DNA of 60,166 nucleotides from Polyangia bacterium (GCA_050287845.1 JBNKCR010000027.1:1-60166); one strand, 5' to 3'. Positions 9,095 to 19,001 are shown, counted from the stretch's first letter. A program made the numbers and translations. Notes: generated by a model not told the origin, from the letters alone.

Positions 9095-10729
9095 TTATTT
9101 GGAACTGCCGGAATCCCCGGGTTCAGGCATTCCGTAAATCGGGACCTGACTGGTGTCTTCGGTATCGGGTTGAATGCCGTATTTATCCACGGACATGGTA
9201 TCGGTTTCTGAATCGGGTTGAATGCCGTACCAGGTCACGTTGGCGGTATCGATTTCTGAATCGGGCTGCACACCGTACAAATCCACGTTGGCGGTGTCGA
9301 TTTCTGAATCGGGCTGCACACCGTATTCATTTACAGGATAGGTGTCCGAGTCTGAGTCCGATTCCGGCTCAATACCGTAGGGAACGATTATCGTGTCTGT
9401 ATCTGGCTGCTGGATGCCGTAGAAGGCGATGTTTTCTGTTTCTGAATCGGGCTGAATACCGTACATGTCGGTGTCTCCGAAACCGGTATCATCTGCGGTG
9501 TCGTCACTGGTATCTTCCACGGTCGCGGAGTCGGTGTCGTCGCTGGTATCTTCCACGGTCGCGGTGTCGGTATTCACAGGACCGTCAGTGTTGTCGCAGG
9601 CCTGGGTGGACGCGCCAAGTGCCATGGCAAAGAACACCGCCGCCGCCTGGGCCAGCTTGCCCGGCTCCGCCGAAGATTCCATGAGCACCCGGTAGACGCA
9701 CATGGGATTTTCGCTCATGTTGCCATCGGAGACCCGCTTACCAAGGCATCCGCCCTTGCATCGGTCCGCGTAATCACAGGTGGCACAGAATCCGGACAGA
9801 TCGGCCCGGCTCCGGTTGCGGCTGTAGGCAAATGCACCGGGGCGATGCCAGATTTCCGTAAGGGGGGTTTGCCGGATGTTGCCTTCGACAAAATCTTTTC
9901 CTTCCGCATTGTAGCCGGCCATGATGGAGAGGCAGCCTTTAATGTTTCCGTTGCATTCAATGCCGATATTCGTTTTCCCCGCACCGCAACCGTTCCAGCA
10001 GTGGCCGCCGGAAGGGCTGCGCAGAATTTTTTCGTGGGGGCCAAAGTATCCCAGCGAATCGGCGCAGTGGATTTTGATGGGACCTTCCACAATCATGTGG
10101 GCCAGCCGCTTTTCAAGTCTGGGCAGCTGTTTGGGGGCAATGAGCATCTCGGGGTGATGGGAGAGGTTTCCCATGTCGGATCCCAGCTGTACCTGCCACG
10201 AATAGGCGCCGCTGTCTGCGATGTAGCGATGCATCTGTTCAAGCTGCGACAGATTGTCGTTGCAGATGGTGGTGACCGCGCCAAAAGGAATGCCGTGTTT
10301 TTTAAGCCGGGCCATGGCGTTTTCCAATACGCGGAAGTGGCCCTTTTTACCGCGAATGAGGTCATGGGTGGCTTCGAGACCATCGATGCTCAATCCGACA
10401 GAATTGATGCCGGCCGCTTTGGCCCGCCGGACCGCATCGTCATCCAGCGCGATGGCATTGGTAATCATCCCCACGCCCATGCCGGTGCCTCTGGCCAGTT
10501 CAATCAGTTCCGCCCAGTCGGGCCGGGTCATCGGCTCGCCGCCACTGATGGTCAGCCACTCCATTCCCAGTCCCCGCAACTGTTCAAACAGCGATTGGCA
10601 TTCGTCGGTGGTCAATTCATCGTCTCTTGCTTCGCCCGCGCTGGAGCCGCAGTGGCGACAACGGAGGTTGCATGCCAGGGTGCTTTCAAAAACACCGCGT
10701 TTCGGTCGGTAAGTTTTTTGTGTGTCCAT
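9095..10729 (-). CDS. radical SAM/SPASM enzyme (splicease-like) fused to a lipoprotein-like XYG-repeat tail
   Basis: CNLRCRHC, SGGEP, SIDGLEATHDLIRG, WQVQL, LGYFGPHE, WNGCGAG, IKGCLS, CATCDYADRCKGGC..NPMC; then hydrophobic stretch ending STQAC and 8 YG repeats. Confidence 0.9.
   Translation of the reverse strand: MDTQKTYRPKRGVFESTLACNLRCRHCGSSAGEARDDELTTDECQSLFEQLRGLGMEWLTISGGEPMTRPDWAELIELARGTGMGVGMITNAIALDDDAVRRAKAAGINSVGLSIDGLEATHDLIRGKKGHFRVLENAMARLKKHGIPFGAVTTICNDNLSQLEQMHRYIADSGAYSWQVQLGSDMGNLSHHPEMLIAPKQLPRLEKRLAHMIVEGPIKIHCADSLGYFGPHEKILRSPSGGHCWNGCGAGKTNIGIECNGNIKGCLSIMAGYNAEGKDFVEGNIRQTPLTEIWHRPGAFAYSRNRSRADLSGFCATCDYADRCKGGCLGKRVSDGNMSENPMCVYRVLMESSAEPGKLAQAAAVFFAMALGASTQACDNTDGPVNTDTATVEDTSDDTDSATVEDTSDDTADDTGFGDTDMYGIQPDSETENIAFYGIQQPDTDTIIVPYGIEPESDSDSDTYPVNEYGVQPDSEIDTANVDLYGVQPDSEIDTANVTWYGIQPDSETDTMSVDKYGIQPDTEDTSQVPIYGMPEPGDSGSSK
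9131..9466 (-). repeat. eight coding X-Y-G-[IVM]-[QEP] repeats at 42-54 nt spacing
   Basis: YG codons at 9458, 9416, 9374, 9320, 9272, 9224, 9176, 9131; central units are near-identical 48-nt DNA repeats. Confidence 0.95.
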
Positions 10730-10866
10730 AAGCTTTTGTCCCTCTTCTGATTTGTTTGATTTCTATCAGTTTACGTGAATAGACAACCCCTGACACAATT
10801 ATTTGGGGAACAGATTGTATTTTTTTGGGGGAGAGGTGATTCGGTCATTGTCAAAATCGTAGAATT

Positions 10867-11979
10867 ATGCAGGGTCTGGGCGTGATGAATGTGGATCAAT
10901 TACATGACAATTGTCTGCTGCGTTCCCTTACGGATGCGCAATTCAGAAAATCGATTTCTGCGCTGAACGAACGGTTTACCAGAGGTAGAAACGCCATTTC
11001 CGGATATGGGGATGACCCGGCACTGGTGAGTGCCTATGCGGCGTTTTATCTGCCGACCAATATGAAGAAGCTGGCATTTGTATTATCTCAAATCAGAGCG
11101 TTGCCGATTTCCCTTGAGGCGCCGCTGGAGGTGGTGGATTTCGGGTGCGGACCGGGGACATACGGTTTTGCCCTGTATGAGTATCTGCGCAGCCTGGAGG
11201 AAAACGGGGCGGCGACCGTATCGGCCCGTTTCCGGTTTGTCGACCCGGCGCCGCTCATGCTGCGTCAGGCTCAGAAGATTCAGGAAATCATGTATCCGGA
11301 AATGACGGCGGATTTTTGCAATGGGTTGCCCGGGACCCGGACGGGAACGCAACGGCTGGTGCTGCTCGGCAATGTGATTAATGAAATGGGCATCGATGGC
11401 TTTGATGCCATGTTTTTCGGGGTGAATGCGGACCTGCTGATTTGCATTGAACCGGGCACCCGGGAGTCGTTCGGCGCCATGGCAGCAGTGCGGCGCAGGG
11501 TGGTGGATGCCGGTTATCGGGTGCTGTATCCGTGCAGTGCCAGTTCGGAATGTCCGCTGAGTCGTGGGGGAGACGACTGGTGTCATCAGGTGCAGAAGGC
11601 CTCGTTGGAACCGACGGTGGCGCGCCTTGGACAGCTGGCCGCCCTGGATAGAACGGTGATGCCGTTTATCGGTCATGTGTACGCAAAGTCGATGGATACC
11701 GACATCGCCGAATCAGAACCCCTTTGTGCAAATGCGCATCGCGGCGTCTTGTTTCGCCTGAAGACCCATTCCAAACACGCCTTTTTCTGGGAAGTATGCA
11801 TGCCGACCGGTGATGGGCTGCAGCTTAAGAAAGTGGAACTTCCCAAACGGGGACTCTCCAGACCGGAACAGAAAGCACTGGAACGCGTCAGCGCCGGTCA
11901 GCGCATTGCCTTTGAAGTTGAAAAAGAACTGGGCAATGGCGCCCTTCGAATTCGCAACGTGACCTGCACCCGGGGGTGA
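10867..11979 (+). CDS. Rsm22-family SAM-dependent methyltransferase
   Basis: AYAAFYLP, VDFGCGPGT motif I, GNVINE, IEPGT, PC..CPL..DWCHQ. Confidence 0.75.
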   Translation: MQGLGVMNVDQLHDNCLLRSLTDAQFRKSISALNERFTRGRNAISGYGDDPALVSAYAAFYLPTNMKKLAFVLSQIRALPISLEAPLEVVDFGCGPGTYGFALYEYLRSLEENGAATVSARFRFVDPAPLMLRQAQKIQEIMYPEMTADFCNGLPGTRTGTQRLVLLGNVINEMGIDGFDAMFFGVNADLLICIEPGTRESFGAMAAVRRRVVDAGYRVLYPCSASSECPLSRGGDDWCHQVQKASLEPTVARLGQLAALDRTVMPFIGHVYAKSMDTDIAESEPLCANAHRGVLFRLKTHSKHAFFWEVCMPTGDGLQLKKVELPKRGLSRPEQKALERVSAGQRIAFEVEKELGNGALRIRNVTCTRG

Positions 11980-12147
11980 GCTGCATTTTCCCGGGTCCTC
12001 TCCCCGGCCCCCTGCATCCGATGGATATTCCATGTTACAGTCCCATCATAATTGCATTTGCAGATGATAAAAAAGTGAAAATGTGGTACCTGTTGAACCG
12101 ATTATTTCGGCAATGCAAATTTTAAAATCGCGAGTCTGGAGCGGAAT

Positions 12148-14832
12148 ATGAATAGTAAATGGTTACAATTGAACATTATTTTTGTGTTTTTTTTGGTTCT
12201 GGGGTGTCAGCTGGAGCCTGAAAAAGATCCCAATGTGGTGGTGAAGGTGGTGGGTAGCGACGGCGGTCAGGTGGAAGGGCCTGATGATGTCAGTCTGATT
12301 ATTCCTGCCGGGGCTCTGGCCAGCAACACTGAGATCACCATCTCGGCAACGGATATGGTGGTGCCTCAGGCGGAACAGGTGAGTGCGATGATTGAAATCA
12401 AGCCCCTGAATCTGCAGTTGATAAAACCGGCTCAGCTGATTATCCCATATCATCCGGGTACAGCGCAGCCGGAAGAGCTCATGATGTTCGGCGCCCGCAG
12501 GGCCGGTGCACCGGCTTCGGAGTGGGTGGTGGCAAAGAGTGATGTTCGGGTTGAAACAAATAAGGTGGATGGAACCATTGAGCGTACGGGATACTTTTTT
12601 GTGGGTCGTGCATTTGCCGCAACGGATACGGAAAGCGGGACGGAGACGGGGGCGGATACGGCCACGGCAACCGGGATGGAAGCCACGGATGACTCGGAGA
12701 TGGGCAGCACGGATACAGGCAGCACAGATACCGGTATGGACAGCGACACGGGAACGGATATGACGTCTGACCCGGATACAGGTGGCGACAGCGATAGCGA
12801 TAGCAGTTCGGACGCGGATTCCGATGCAGACATCGACACGGGAGCGGATACGGGATCTGCAGGCGACACCGATACCGACACTGACACAGATACGGATACC
12901 GATACGGATACCGATACCGACACGGACACCGATACGGATACGGACACGGATACCGATACGGATACGGACACGGATACCGATACGGATACGGACACGGATA
13001 CCGATGGGGATGCGGATACAGCGACAACGGATACAGATACTGCAGATACAGCGACCGAGGATACGGCGCCGGTGGATACGATGGATACGGGATCGGACGG
13101 CGATGCGGATTCTGACGCGGACACGGAGACGGTGACGGATGGGGATACGGAGACGGTGACGGATGGGGATACGGAGACGGTGACGGATGGGGACACGGAG
13201 ACGGTGACGGATGGGGACACGGGAGTGGATACGGGAGTGGATACGGGAGTGGATACGGGAGTGGATACGGGAGTGGATACGGAGACGGTGACGGATGGGG
13301 ACACGGAGACGGTGCCGGGAGTGGATACGGGAGTGGATACGGAGACGGTGACGGATGGGGATACGGACACCGATACGGAAATCGCGTACTCCTGCACTGG
13401 GGGCGTGGTGTACGTGAACAGCCAGGCGGATCCGGTGGGGCAGGATGGCACCAGCTGGGCCACGGCGCTGGTGGAATTACAGGCCGGCATTGACGCCGCG
13501 GCCACGGGGAACTGCGAGGTCTGGTTGCGGGCCGGGTTGTATGTGCCCACGGCGGATGCTTCGGGCAACCCGGAACCGGAAAATTATCGGTACAAAACGT
13601 TTCTGTTGCAAGATGGGGTTACGGTGTATGGTGGCTTCAACGGGCGAGAATCAAGCCTGGATGAACGGGATCCGGTGAATTATGAGACTGTGCTTTCGGG
13701 AGATATTCTGAGAAATGATAAGGATGCTTTTGGCAATTACGATGACAATGCCTACCACGTGGTTACGGTCCAGAATGGAATGCGCGCCGGCCTGGATGGC
13801 GTGACCGTTGTCGGCGGCAATGCCGATGAGGATGCCGGGGGGAGTTACGAAGGCGCCGGCGGCGGCGTTCTGGTTTTCGGTGCTGAATCGGATCTGACCA
13901 TCAATCAGTGCACTATTATGCGCAACAATGGAATCAGCGGCGGCGGCGTCAGCAGCAATGACGGTGCCACCGTTTCGATTTCTGCCAGTACGATTTCTGA
14001 CAATCAGGCTTCCCGGGGAGGCGGCGCCATTGGCGCAACGGATGGGGTTGCGCTGACAGTGAAGGACTGCAGTTTCAGTAAGAATCAGTCAATCGGCTGC
14101 GGCGGCGCCATGGCCCTGTGGAATAAAGGAACGTTGGTGATTGAACGCAGCACCTTTGACTCGAACATCTCGGTCGGCGATGACGCCAACGCCGGTTGCG
14201 GCGGTGCGCTGGTCAGCGGAACGGAGAATTCGGTTTCGATTATCAATTCAGCATTCATTGGCAATTCCGCGACAGATACGGGCAGTTCCGGTGGCGCGAT
14301 AGTAAACACCGATGCCAGCGACATGGAGGTGCTGGGGTGTCTGTTCCGGAACAATGACAGTGATTACAGCGCCGGTATTCATACGGTCAATTCGTCTGCC
14401 ACGGTTGTTGTCAACTCAACGTTTTACGGGAATCAGGGGCTGCAATCCGGTGGGGCCATCGGCAATGACGGCGCCTCCACTGATATTTACAACAGCATCA
14501 TTTTTGGAAACAATGCGCCGGATGGCCCGCAAATCTGGAACTCGGGCACATCCACATCGACCCTGCTGAACACCAACATCGAAGGGGGATGCATGGATAT
14601 TGAACTGGCGCAATGCGACACCAGCGTTATCGATGTGGACCCGACATTTGTCGATGCGGAAAACGGCGATTACTCCCTGTTGCCGGATTCGGGATGCATT
14701 GATGCGGGAGACAACAGTGTGGTGCCGTCAACCCTGTCTGTAGATCTGGCCGGCGCGTCACGCATCGTGGATGGCGGTTCCGGAAAGGTTGTCGTTGATA
14801 TGGGCGCGTATGAGTTTCAGCCCACGGATTAA
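12148..14832 (+). CDS. surface lipoprotein: ZU5-like domain, long DT linker, right-handed beta-helix and choice-of-anchor-Q-like end
   Basis: lipobox VLGC; GGQVEGPDDVSLIIPAGAL; DGTSWATA; N.A..GGA repeats; SGCIDAGDN..VDMGAYEF. Confidence 0.8.
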   Translation: MNSKWLQLNIIFVFFLVLGCQLEPEKDPNVVVKVVGSDGGQVEGPDDVSLIIPAGALASNTEITISATDMVVPQAEQVSAMIEIKPLNLQLIKPAQLIIPYHPGTAQPEELMMFGARRAGAPASEWVVAKSDVRVETNKVDGTIERTGYFFVGRAFAATDTESGTETGADTATATGMEATDDSEMGSTDTGSTDTGMDSDTGTDMTSDPDTGGDSDSDSSSDADSDADIDTGADTGSAGDTDTDTDTDTDTDTDTDTDTDTDTDTDTDTDTDTDTDTDTDTDTDTDGDADTATTDTDTADTATEDTAPVDTMDTGSDGDADSDADTETVTDGDTETVTDGDTETVTDGDTETVTDGDTGVDTGVDTGVDTGVDTGVDTETVTDGDTETVPGVDTGVDTETVTDGDTDTDTEIAYSCTGGVVYVNSQADPVGQDGTSWATALVELQAGIDAAATGNCEVWLRAGLYVPTADASGNPEPENYRYKTFLLQDGVTVYGGFNGRESSLDERDPVNYETVLSGDILRNDKDAFGNYDDNAYHVVTVQNGMRAGLDGVTVVGGNADEDAGGSYEGAGGGVLVFGAESDLTINQCTIMRNNGISGGGVSSNDGATVSISASTISDNQASRGGGAIGATDGVALTVKDCSFSKNQSIGCGGAMALWNKGTLVIERSTFDSNISVGDDANAGCGGALVSGTENSVSIINSAFIGNSATDTGSSGGAIVNTDASDMEVLGCLFRNNDSDYSAGIHTVNSSATVVVNSTFYGNQGLQSGGAIGNDGASTDIYNSIIFGNNAPDGPQIWNSGTSTSTLLNTNIEGGCMDIELAQCDTSVIDVDPTFVDAENGDYSLLPDSGCIDAGDNSVVPSTLSVDLAGASRIVDGGSGKVVVDMGAYEFQPTD
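12780..13380 (+). repeat. coding low-complexity repeats: (DT)n, (DTETVTDG)n, (DTGV)n
   Basis: 6-, 12- and 24-nt tandem units visible in the DNA. Confidence 0.95.
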
Positions 14833-14871
14833 AGGAATGAATCTTGAAGGACTTGCAATGAATGTTTCGAT

Positions 14872-14932
14872 AAGTCCGGCAAGTCCGGCAAATGAGTTTG
14901 TCAAATAAGTCCGGCAAATAAGTTTGGCAAAT
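14872..14932. repeat. intergenic 13-bp tandem repeats
   Basis: AAGTCCGGCAAAT/GAGTTTGTCAAAT/AAGTCCGGCAAAT/AAGTTTGGCAAAT at 14881-14932, plus a partial unit before. Confidence 0.85.
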
Positions 14933-14977
14933 AATAATAATGAAACACAGTTATGTGGGAACAATACTGAGGGAAAT

Positions 14978-16072
14978 ATGAAGTTGAGAATATCGATTTG
15001 GACGTGCATCTGTCTCTGCGCGTTTGCCCAGGCGGCATTGGCACAGACTGGCAAAGAGGCAACGGTTGAAAGCGATGGGATGGCGGATGCGACGGATTCT
15101 GAAACCAGGGAACTGGCCCAGCAGCTGTTTCTCGATGGGGTTGAGTTTTTCAACGAAAAACGTTTGAAAGAGGCAGTCATCAAGTTTCGCGCCGCTTACC
15201 GGGTGCGTCCCTCCTGGCGGCTGCAATACAATATCGGTCAGTGCGAGGCGGGATTGAAAAATTATGGGCGGGCCATCGTGGCATTTGAAAAGTATCTGGG
15301 CAATGGCGGAGATGAGGTGGAAGTGACCCGGCAGGATGAGGTGCTTCGGGAACTGGATCGGCTGAAACGGATGGTGGGCAAGATTGTGGTGGATGGTCCC
15401 GAAGGGTATGCCATCTGGGTGGACGGCGAAGAGGCCGGACTCTCACCTCTGGTTTCCGGCGTCGTGGTGACCATTGGTGTGGTGCACGAGGTAGTGGTGC
15501 GGGAGGTGACTTCGAATGAGGAAGTGAACCGGTTTGCTGTCACTGTGATTGGGGGCGAAACCCTGCGCCTGAATATTGCGCCCAAAGAATCGGAAACCCC
15601 GGTTTTTGGCGGTGCATCCCTGTTGCCGCCAACGGAAAATGAGGATGCCGCCGCGGCCGGGGACGGTAAGGTGACCTCCGATTCATTCCCCCTCAACCGC
15701 AACAGCGAGCTGCCGGTGGATGGCAGGCGAAAACTGAGTCCGGCCCTGTTTATCATTTCGGTGAGCACCACCCTTGCCGCCGGAGTGACCACCGCCGTTC
15801 TGCTGGCGAAAATAAACTCGAAATGGAAGGATGCGGAGTCGTCCTATCAGATGAATCCCTGGGCATACGACGATGCGGAGAACCAGTCGATTCGCAACCT
15901 GCAGGTAGCCAGCTATGTCACGGGCGGGCTTGCGATGCTGGCATTGGCTTCCACGATCATTTCCATTCCGCTCACCGACTGGCACGGGTCGTCCTCCGGG
16001 GGACGCGCGCTCAACATTGCGCCGTTTGGCACACGGACCGCTACCGGCATGGTCCTCTCCGGGAGTTTCTGA
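14978..16072 (+). CDS. TPR/PEGA-type exported protein with C-terminal hydrophobic segments
   Basis: signal peptide; AQQLFLDGVEFF, LQYNIGQCE, IWVDGEEAGLSPL; ends MVLSGSF. Confidence 0.8.
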   Translation: MKLRISIWTCICLCAFAQAALAQTGKEATVESDGMADATDSETRELAQQLFLDGVEFFNEKRLKEAVIKFRAAYRVRPSWRLQYNIGQCEAGLKNYGRAIVAFEKYLGNGGDEVEVTRQDEVLRELDRLKRMVGKIVVDGPEGYAIWVDGEEAGLSPLVSGVVVTIGVVHEVVVREVTSNEEVNRFAVTVIGGETLRLNIAPKESETPVFGGASLLPPTENEDAAAAGDGKVTSDSFPLNRNSELPVDGRRKLSPALFIISVSTTLAAGVTTAVLLAKINSKWKDAESSYQMNPWAYDDAENQSIRNLQVASYVTGGLAMLALASTIISIPLTDWHGSSSGGRALNIAPFGTRTATGMVLSGSF

Positions 16073-16857
16073 TGAAAAAGGGTTTACTATTGATTTTAAC
16101 GGTCGTTTCTGTTGCCGGATGCCATTGGTTTGATGATCCCGCTGAACTGGAGGATTGCCCCTTCGGATCCACGTACCCCTGTCCCTGCAGCACCACCTGT
16201 GAAGGAGACAATGTGTGTGTGGTCACATCGGGAAGCCAGAACAACTATGGTCAGTGCACATTGCCCTGCAACGGAAATCATCAGTTGTGCAACCGGGCGG
16301 CGGATGGGTTCGGTACCGGTATCTGTCTTGCAGACGGCTATTGCGCCAGTGCCTGTTATGACGATGGGGACTGCCCGGCGGGTATGGGATGTGATGCGAA
16401 TATCTGTGTACCGGGGCTGCCGTTTGATTCGGCTGTGGTGGGCAGAAATTCCACCGGTGAAAATACTTCAGACACGGGCTCGGACACGACCGATTCGGAA
16501 ACTGCGGATACCGCGTCTGAAACCGCAACCGCCACGGGGGGAGCGGGAGATACCGGTGGAACCGATAGCGGTGGCACAGACACCGTCGACTCGGATACCG
16601 GGGATTCGGATACCGTGGAAACAATTTCCGATGCGCAGCGCGAGGCGGAATGTGTGTCCACGTGCGGAGCGGTCTTCACCTGTTTCCCCGACAACCAACC
16701 CTACACCCTCACCGAATTCATTAATGCCTGTGTGGAGGCAGATTGGCATGGGGACCCCTGTGGGGCCTGCCGATTGAAGTGTGACACCGGCAGCTCCTGT
16801 AACGACCTGGCCTTGTGCTTCAACCAATGCGATGAAAAGCTCGCCTGTGAAGAATAG
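16072..16857 (+). CDS. cysteine-rich lipoprotein
   Basis: MKKGLLLILTVVSVAGC lipobox; two Cys-rich domains separated by a D/T/G linker; start overlaps the upstream stop. Confidence 0.8.
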   Translation: MKKGLLLILTVVSVAGCHWFDDPAELEDCPFGSTYPCPCSTTCEGDNVCVVTSGSQNNYGQCTLPCNGNHQLCNRAADGFGTGICLADGYCASACYDDGDCPAGMGCDANICVPGLPFDSAVVGRNSTGENTSDTGSDTTDSETADTASETATATGGAGDTGGTDSGGTDTVDSDTGDSDTVETISDAQREAECVSTCGAVFTCFPDNQPYTLTEFINACVEADWHGDPCGACRLKCDTGSSCNDLALCFNQCDEKLACEE

Positions 16858-16904
16858 CACGCCGGCCTCTCCCGGTTCCCCGTGCGGTGATCTGCTCGCC
16901 ATTC

Positions 16905-19001
16905 CTATTTGAGTGCCAGTGCTTCGGTCACATCCTGGCGGGCGAAGAGCTTGAGGCCGTCTTTTTCAAAAATCAGCTGGTGGGATTTTCTTCTGAGAAA
17001 TTTGTTGTATCGCCGTCGCAACTTTTTATCTCGGAGATCCGGTTCATATGTGAGGTAGTAGTCCGTATTTTTCAGGTGTTTGAGCCGGTGAATGATTTTA
17101 CGGGCAGCAAAGTGCGGGCCCAGGGATTCGGTGGCGGAAAGGGACGCCTGCTGTGGTACCATGGCTTTCATTTTTTTTACAATGTTCCACCTGGATTTCT
17201 GCCGGTCGTCCAGGGTGCGGGTGAGGCGGGTATGCCCGGCTCTGAAATCCGCATTGTCGTGGAAGGCGCCGAAGTTGTATGACATGCAGCAGGTAGAACA
17301 GAAAATGGCCACCACCACGGCCGCGGTGAGACGTCCGGGCTGCAGGTTGAAAGAGGCAATCCATCTGGCGTCCGGCAGGGTCTTCAGAACGGCCGGTGTC
17401 ATGGCAAAGAGAAACGGATACAGAAAAGTGGGGTACTGATAAGAGATATCTGTGACCGCCGCTCGGGTGACCAGAAAAGTGATGGCCCCACCGTAGACGC
17501 ATGTGAGCAGACGGCTTTTACCCAGCAGTGGCAACATGCACAGGGGAACCAGCAATTGCAGCAGATACAGAATCTTGCTTTCTTTAAGTCCAAGCTGCAG
17601 CAGCGAAATGGGGTCGGTGAACAGCGTAACGGCCAGACTCTCTGTCAGATTGTGCTTTCGTATCATCAGTTCTGAAAAATATTCATCGTAGTTGTAGGCC
17701 TTGCCGCCGGACATGAATGTGAGCTTGGCCATGGTGAAGTATGCGACGCAGATGATCATGGTTGCAAGTCCGGCTTTCCACGACTTGCGGGCGACAATGA
17801 GATATGCGCCCACAAAGAACATAATCAGCGACAGGTCTTCCCGGGTGAGGAGCAGCAGCACAAGTACCGCGAAGTACAGGGGGAATCGTCTGGTATCAAT
17901 AAAATACATGGCCCACAGGGCCAGGGGGCCTGCCAGCGCCAGCGAATGAAATTCATAGAGGGTCATCCCGTGAATGGCGGGATAGAGCAGATAGGTGGCG
18001 CTCAGGGTGGTGGCCATCCAGTTGGACCGGAGGTGATGCCGGGCAATCAGAAAAACGGGGATTGCGCCGAGTGCCAGCCAGGTCGCCTGAAGCAGCAGTG
18101 CCGGGTCCGCATCGGTATTGAAGAGCATCACCGGTGACAGGAGAATAAGAATGGGGTCGAAGTGGGCAAAAATGTGGTAGCCGCCTCTGACCAGATCGCA
18201 TTTGAGAAACTGGCCATGCACCGAATTCCACATGGTATTGACGTACACCCCCAAATCGAAGTTGCCGGTCTTCAGCGCCTGGTGATGGGCCAGCTGATAC
18301 TGGAACATCTGCATGGCGTACAGCGCTGCCAGCGTGAGCACAGTTGCCCCGGCGAGAGCGAGGGGCAGCCGACGGCGCAGCAGTGGAGGAAGGTGAATGG
18401 CGCGTTCAGAAACAGCAGGGCGATATTGGCGCGGAATCACCCGCAACAGTCCGGTGCGGATGGGCGCAATCAGATGCTGCCGCAGAGAGAACGCGGGAAA
18501 TCGGTATGCGGCAATCCCGGCCATCGCGGCAATCAGGGCGCACAGGAATATCACGAAAAACGGTTTATCCCTTGATATGGAATGAATGCTGAAACCATAA
18601 AACAGCGGCGTTGCCAGCGCAAAACAGGTCACCCGGTTGATGCGGGCGATGGTGGTCACAGACGGGATGCCCCGGCGGTACCGCAGAAGGGCCGCGCTGA
18701 GTACATATCCCAGCAGAACAATCCCCATGGTGAACGTGGCATATCGCAGCAATTCCTTTCTGGTGGCAGCCAGAAGATCATGGGGCATGCGGCCGTTCAG
18801 CATGGCGTCGATGATTTCAGATGGCAGCAGCAAAAACGAGAAAGTAATGCTCATGCACAAAGCAATGGGCAGGGTGCGCGCCAGTGCCTGGAGCACAGTT
18901 ATCCCGTTCCCCATCCGGGTTGGCGTCGGAGCCATTTGTGTGGTTGTATCAGTCATATGCACAGGGGTAATCGCAATTTCCAGGCCATCACTTTGTGGCA
19001 C
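16905..19001 (-). CDS. DUF2079-family polytopic membrane protein (GT-C-like); start uncertain
   Basis: FDLGVY..W, HFDPILILL, YEFHSLAL, LLTREDL, YQY motifs; many TM helices. Confidence 0.8.
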   Translation of the reverse strand: MPQSDGLEIAITPVHMTDTTTQMAPTPTRMGNGITVLQALARTLPIALCMSITFSFLLLPSEIIDAMLNGRMPHDLLAATRKELLRYATFTMGIVLLGYVLSAALLRYRRGIPSVTTIARINRVTCFALATPLFYGFSIHSISRDKPFFVIFLCALIAAMAGIAAYRFPAFSLRQHLIAPIRTGLLRVIPRQYRPAVSERAIHLPPLLRRRLPLALAGATVLTLAALYAMQMFQYQLAHHQALKTGNFDLGVYVNTMWNSVHGQFLKCDLVRGGYHIFAHFDPILILLSPVMLFNTDADPALLLQATWLALGAIPVFLIARHHLRSNWMATTLSATYLLYPAIHGMTLYEFHSLALAGPLALWAMYFIDTRRFPLYFAVLVLLLLTREDLSLIMFFVGAYLIVARKSWKAGLATMIICVAYFTMAKLTFMSGGKAYNYDEYFSELMIRKHNLTESLAVTLFTDPISLLQLGLKESKILYLLQLLVPLCMLPLLGKSRLLTCVYGGAITFLVTRAAVTDISYQYPTFLYPFLFAMTPAVLKTLPDARWIASFNLQPGRLTAAVVVAIFCSTCCMSYNFGAFHDNADFRAGHTRLTRTLDDRQKSRWNIVKKMKAMVPQQASLSATESLGPHFAARKIIHRLKHLKNTDYYLTYEPDLRDKKLRRRYNKFLRRKSHQLIFEKDGLKLFARQDVTEALALK

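Noticed and set aside
9131..9466. CRISPR or diversity-generating retroelement repeats
   Set aside because: Repeats are in-frame coding units; no reverse transcriptase or template repeat is seen nearby
12450..13568. Poly-SV, poly-RC and poly-TP ORFs (also near 1272 and 27339)
   Set aside because: Alternative-frame translations of DT repeats
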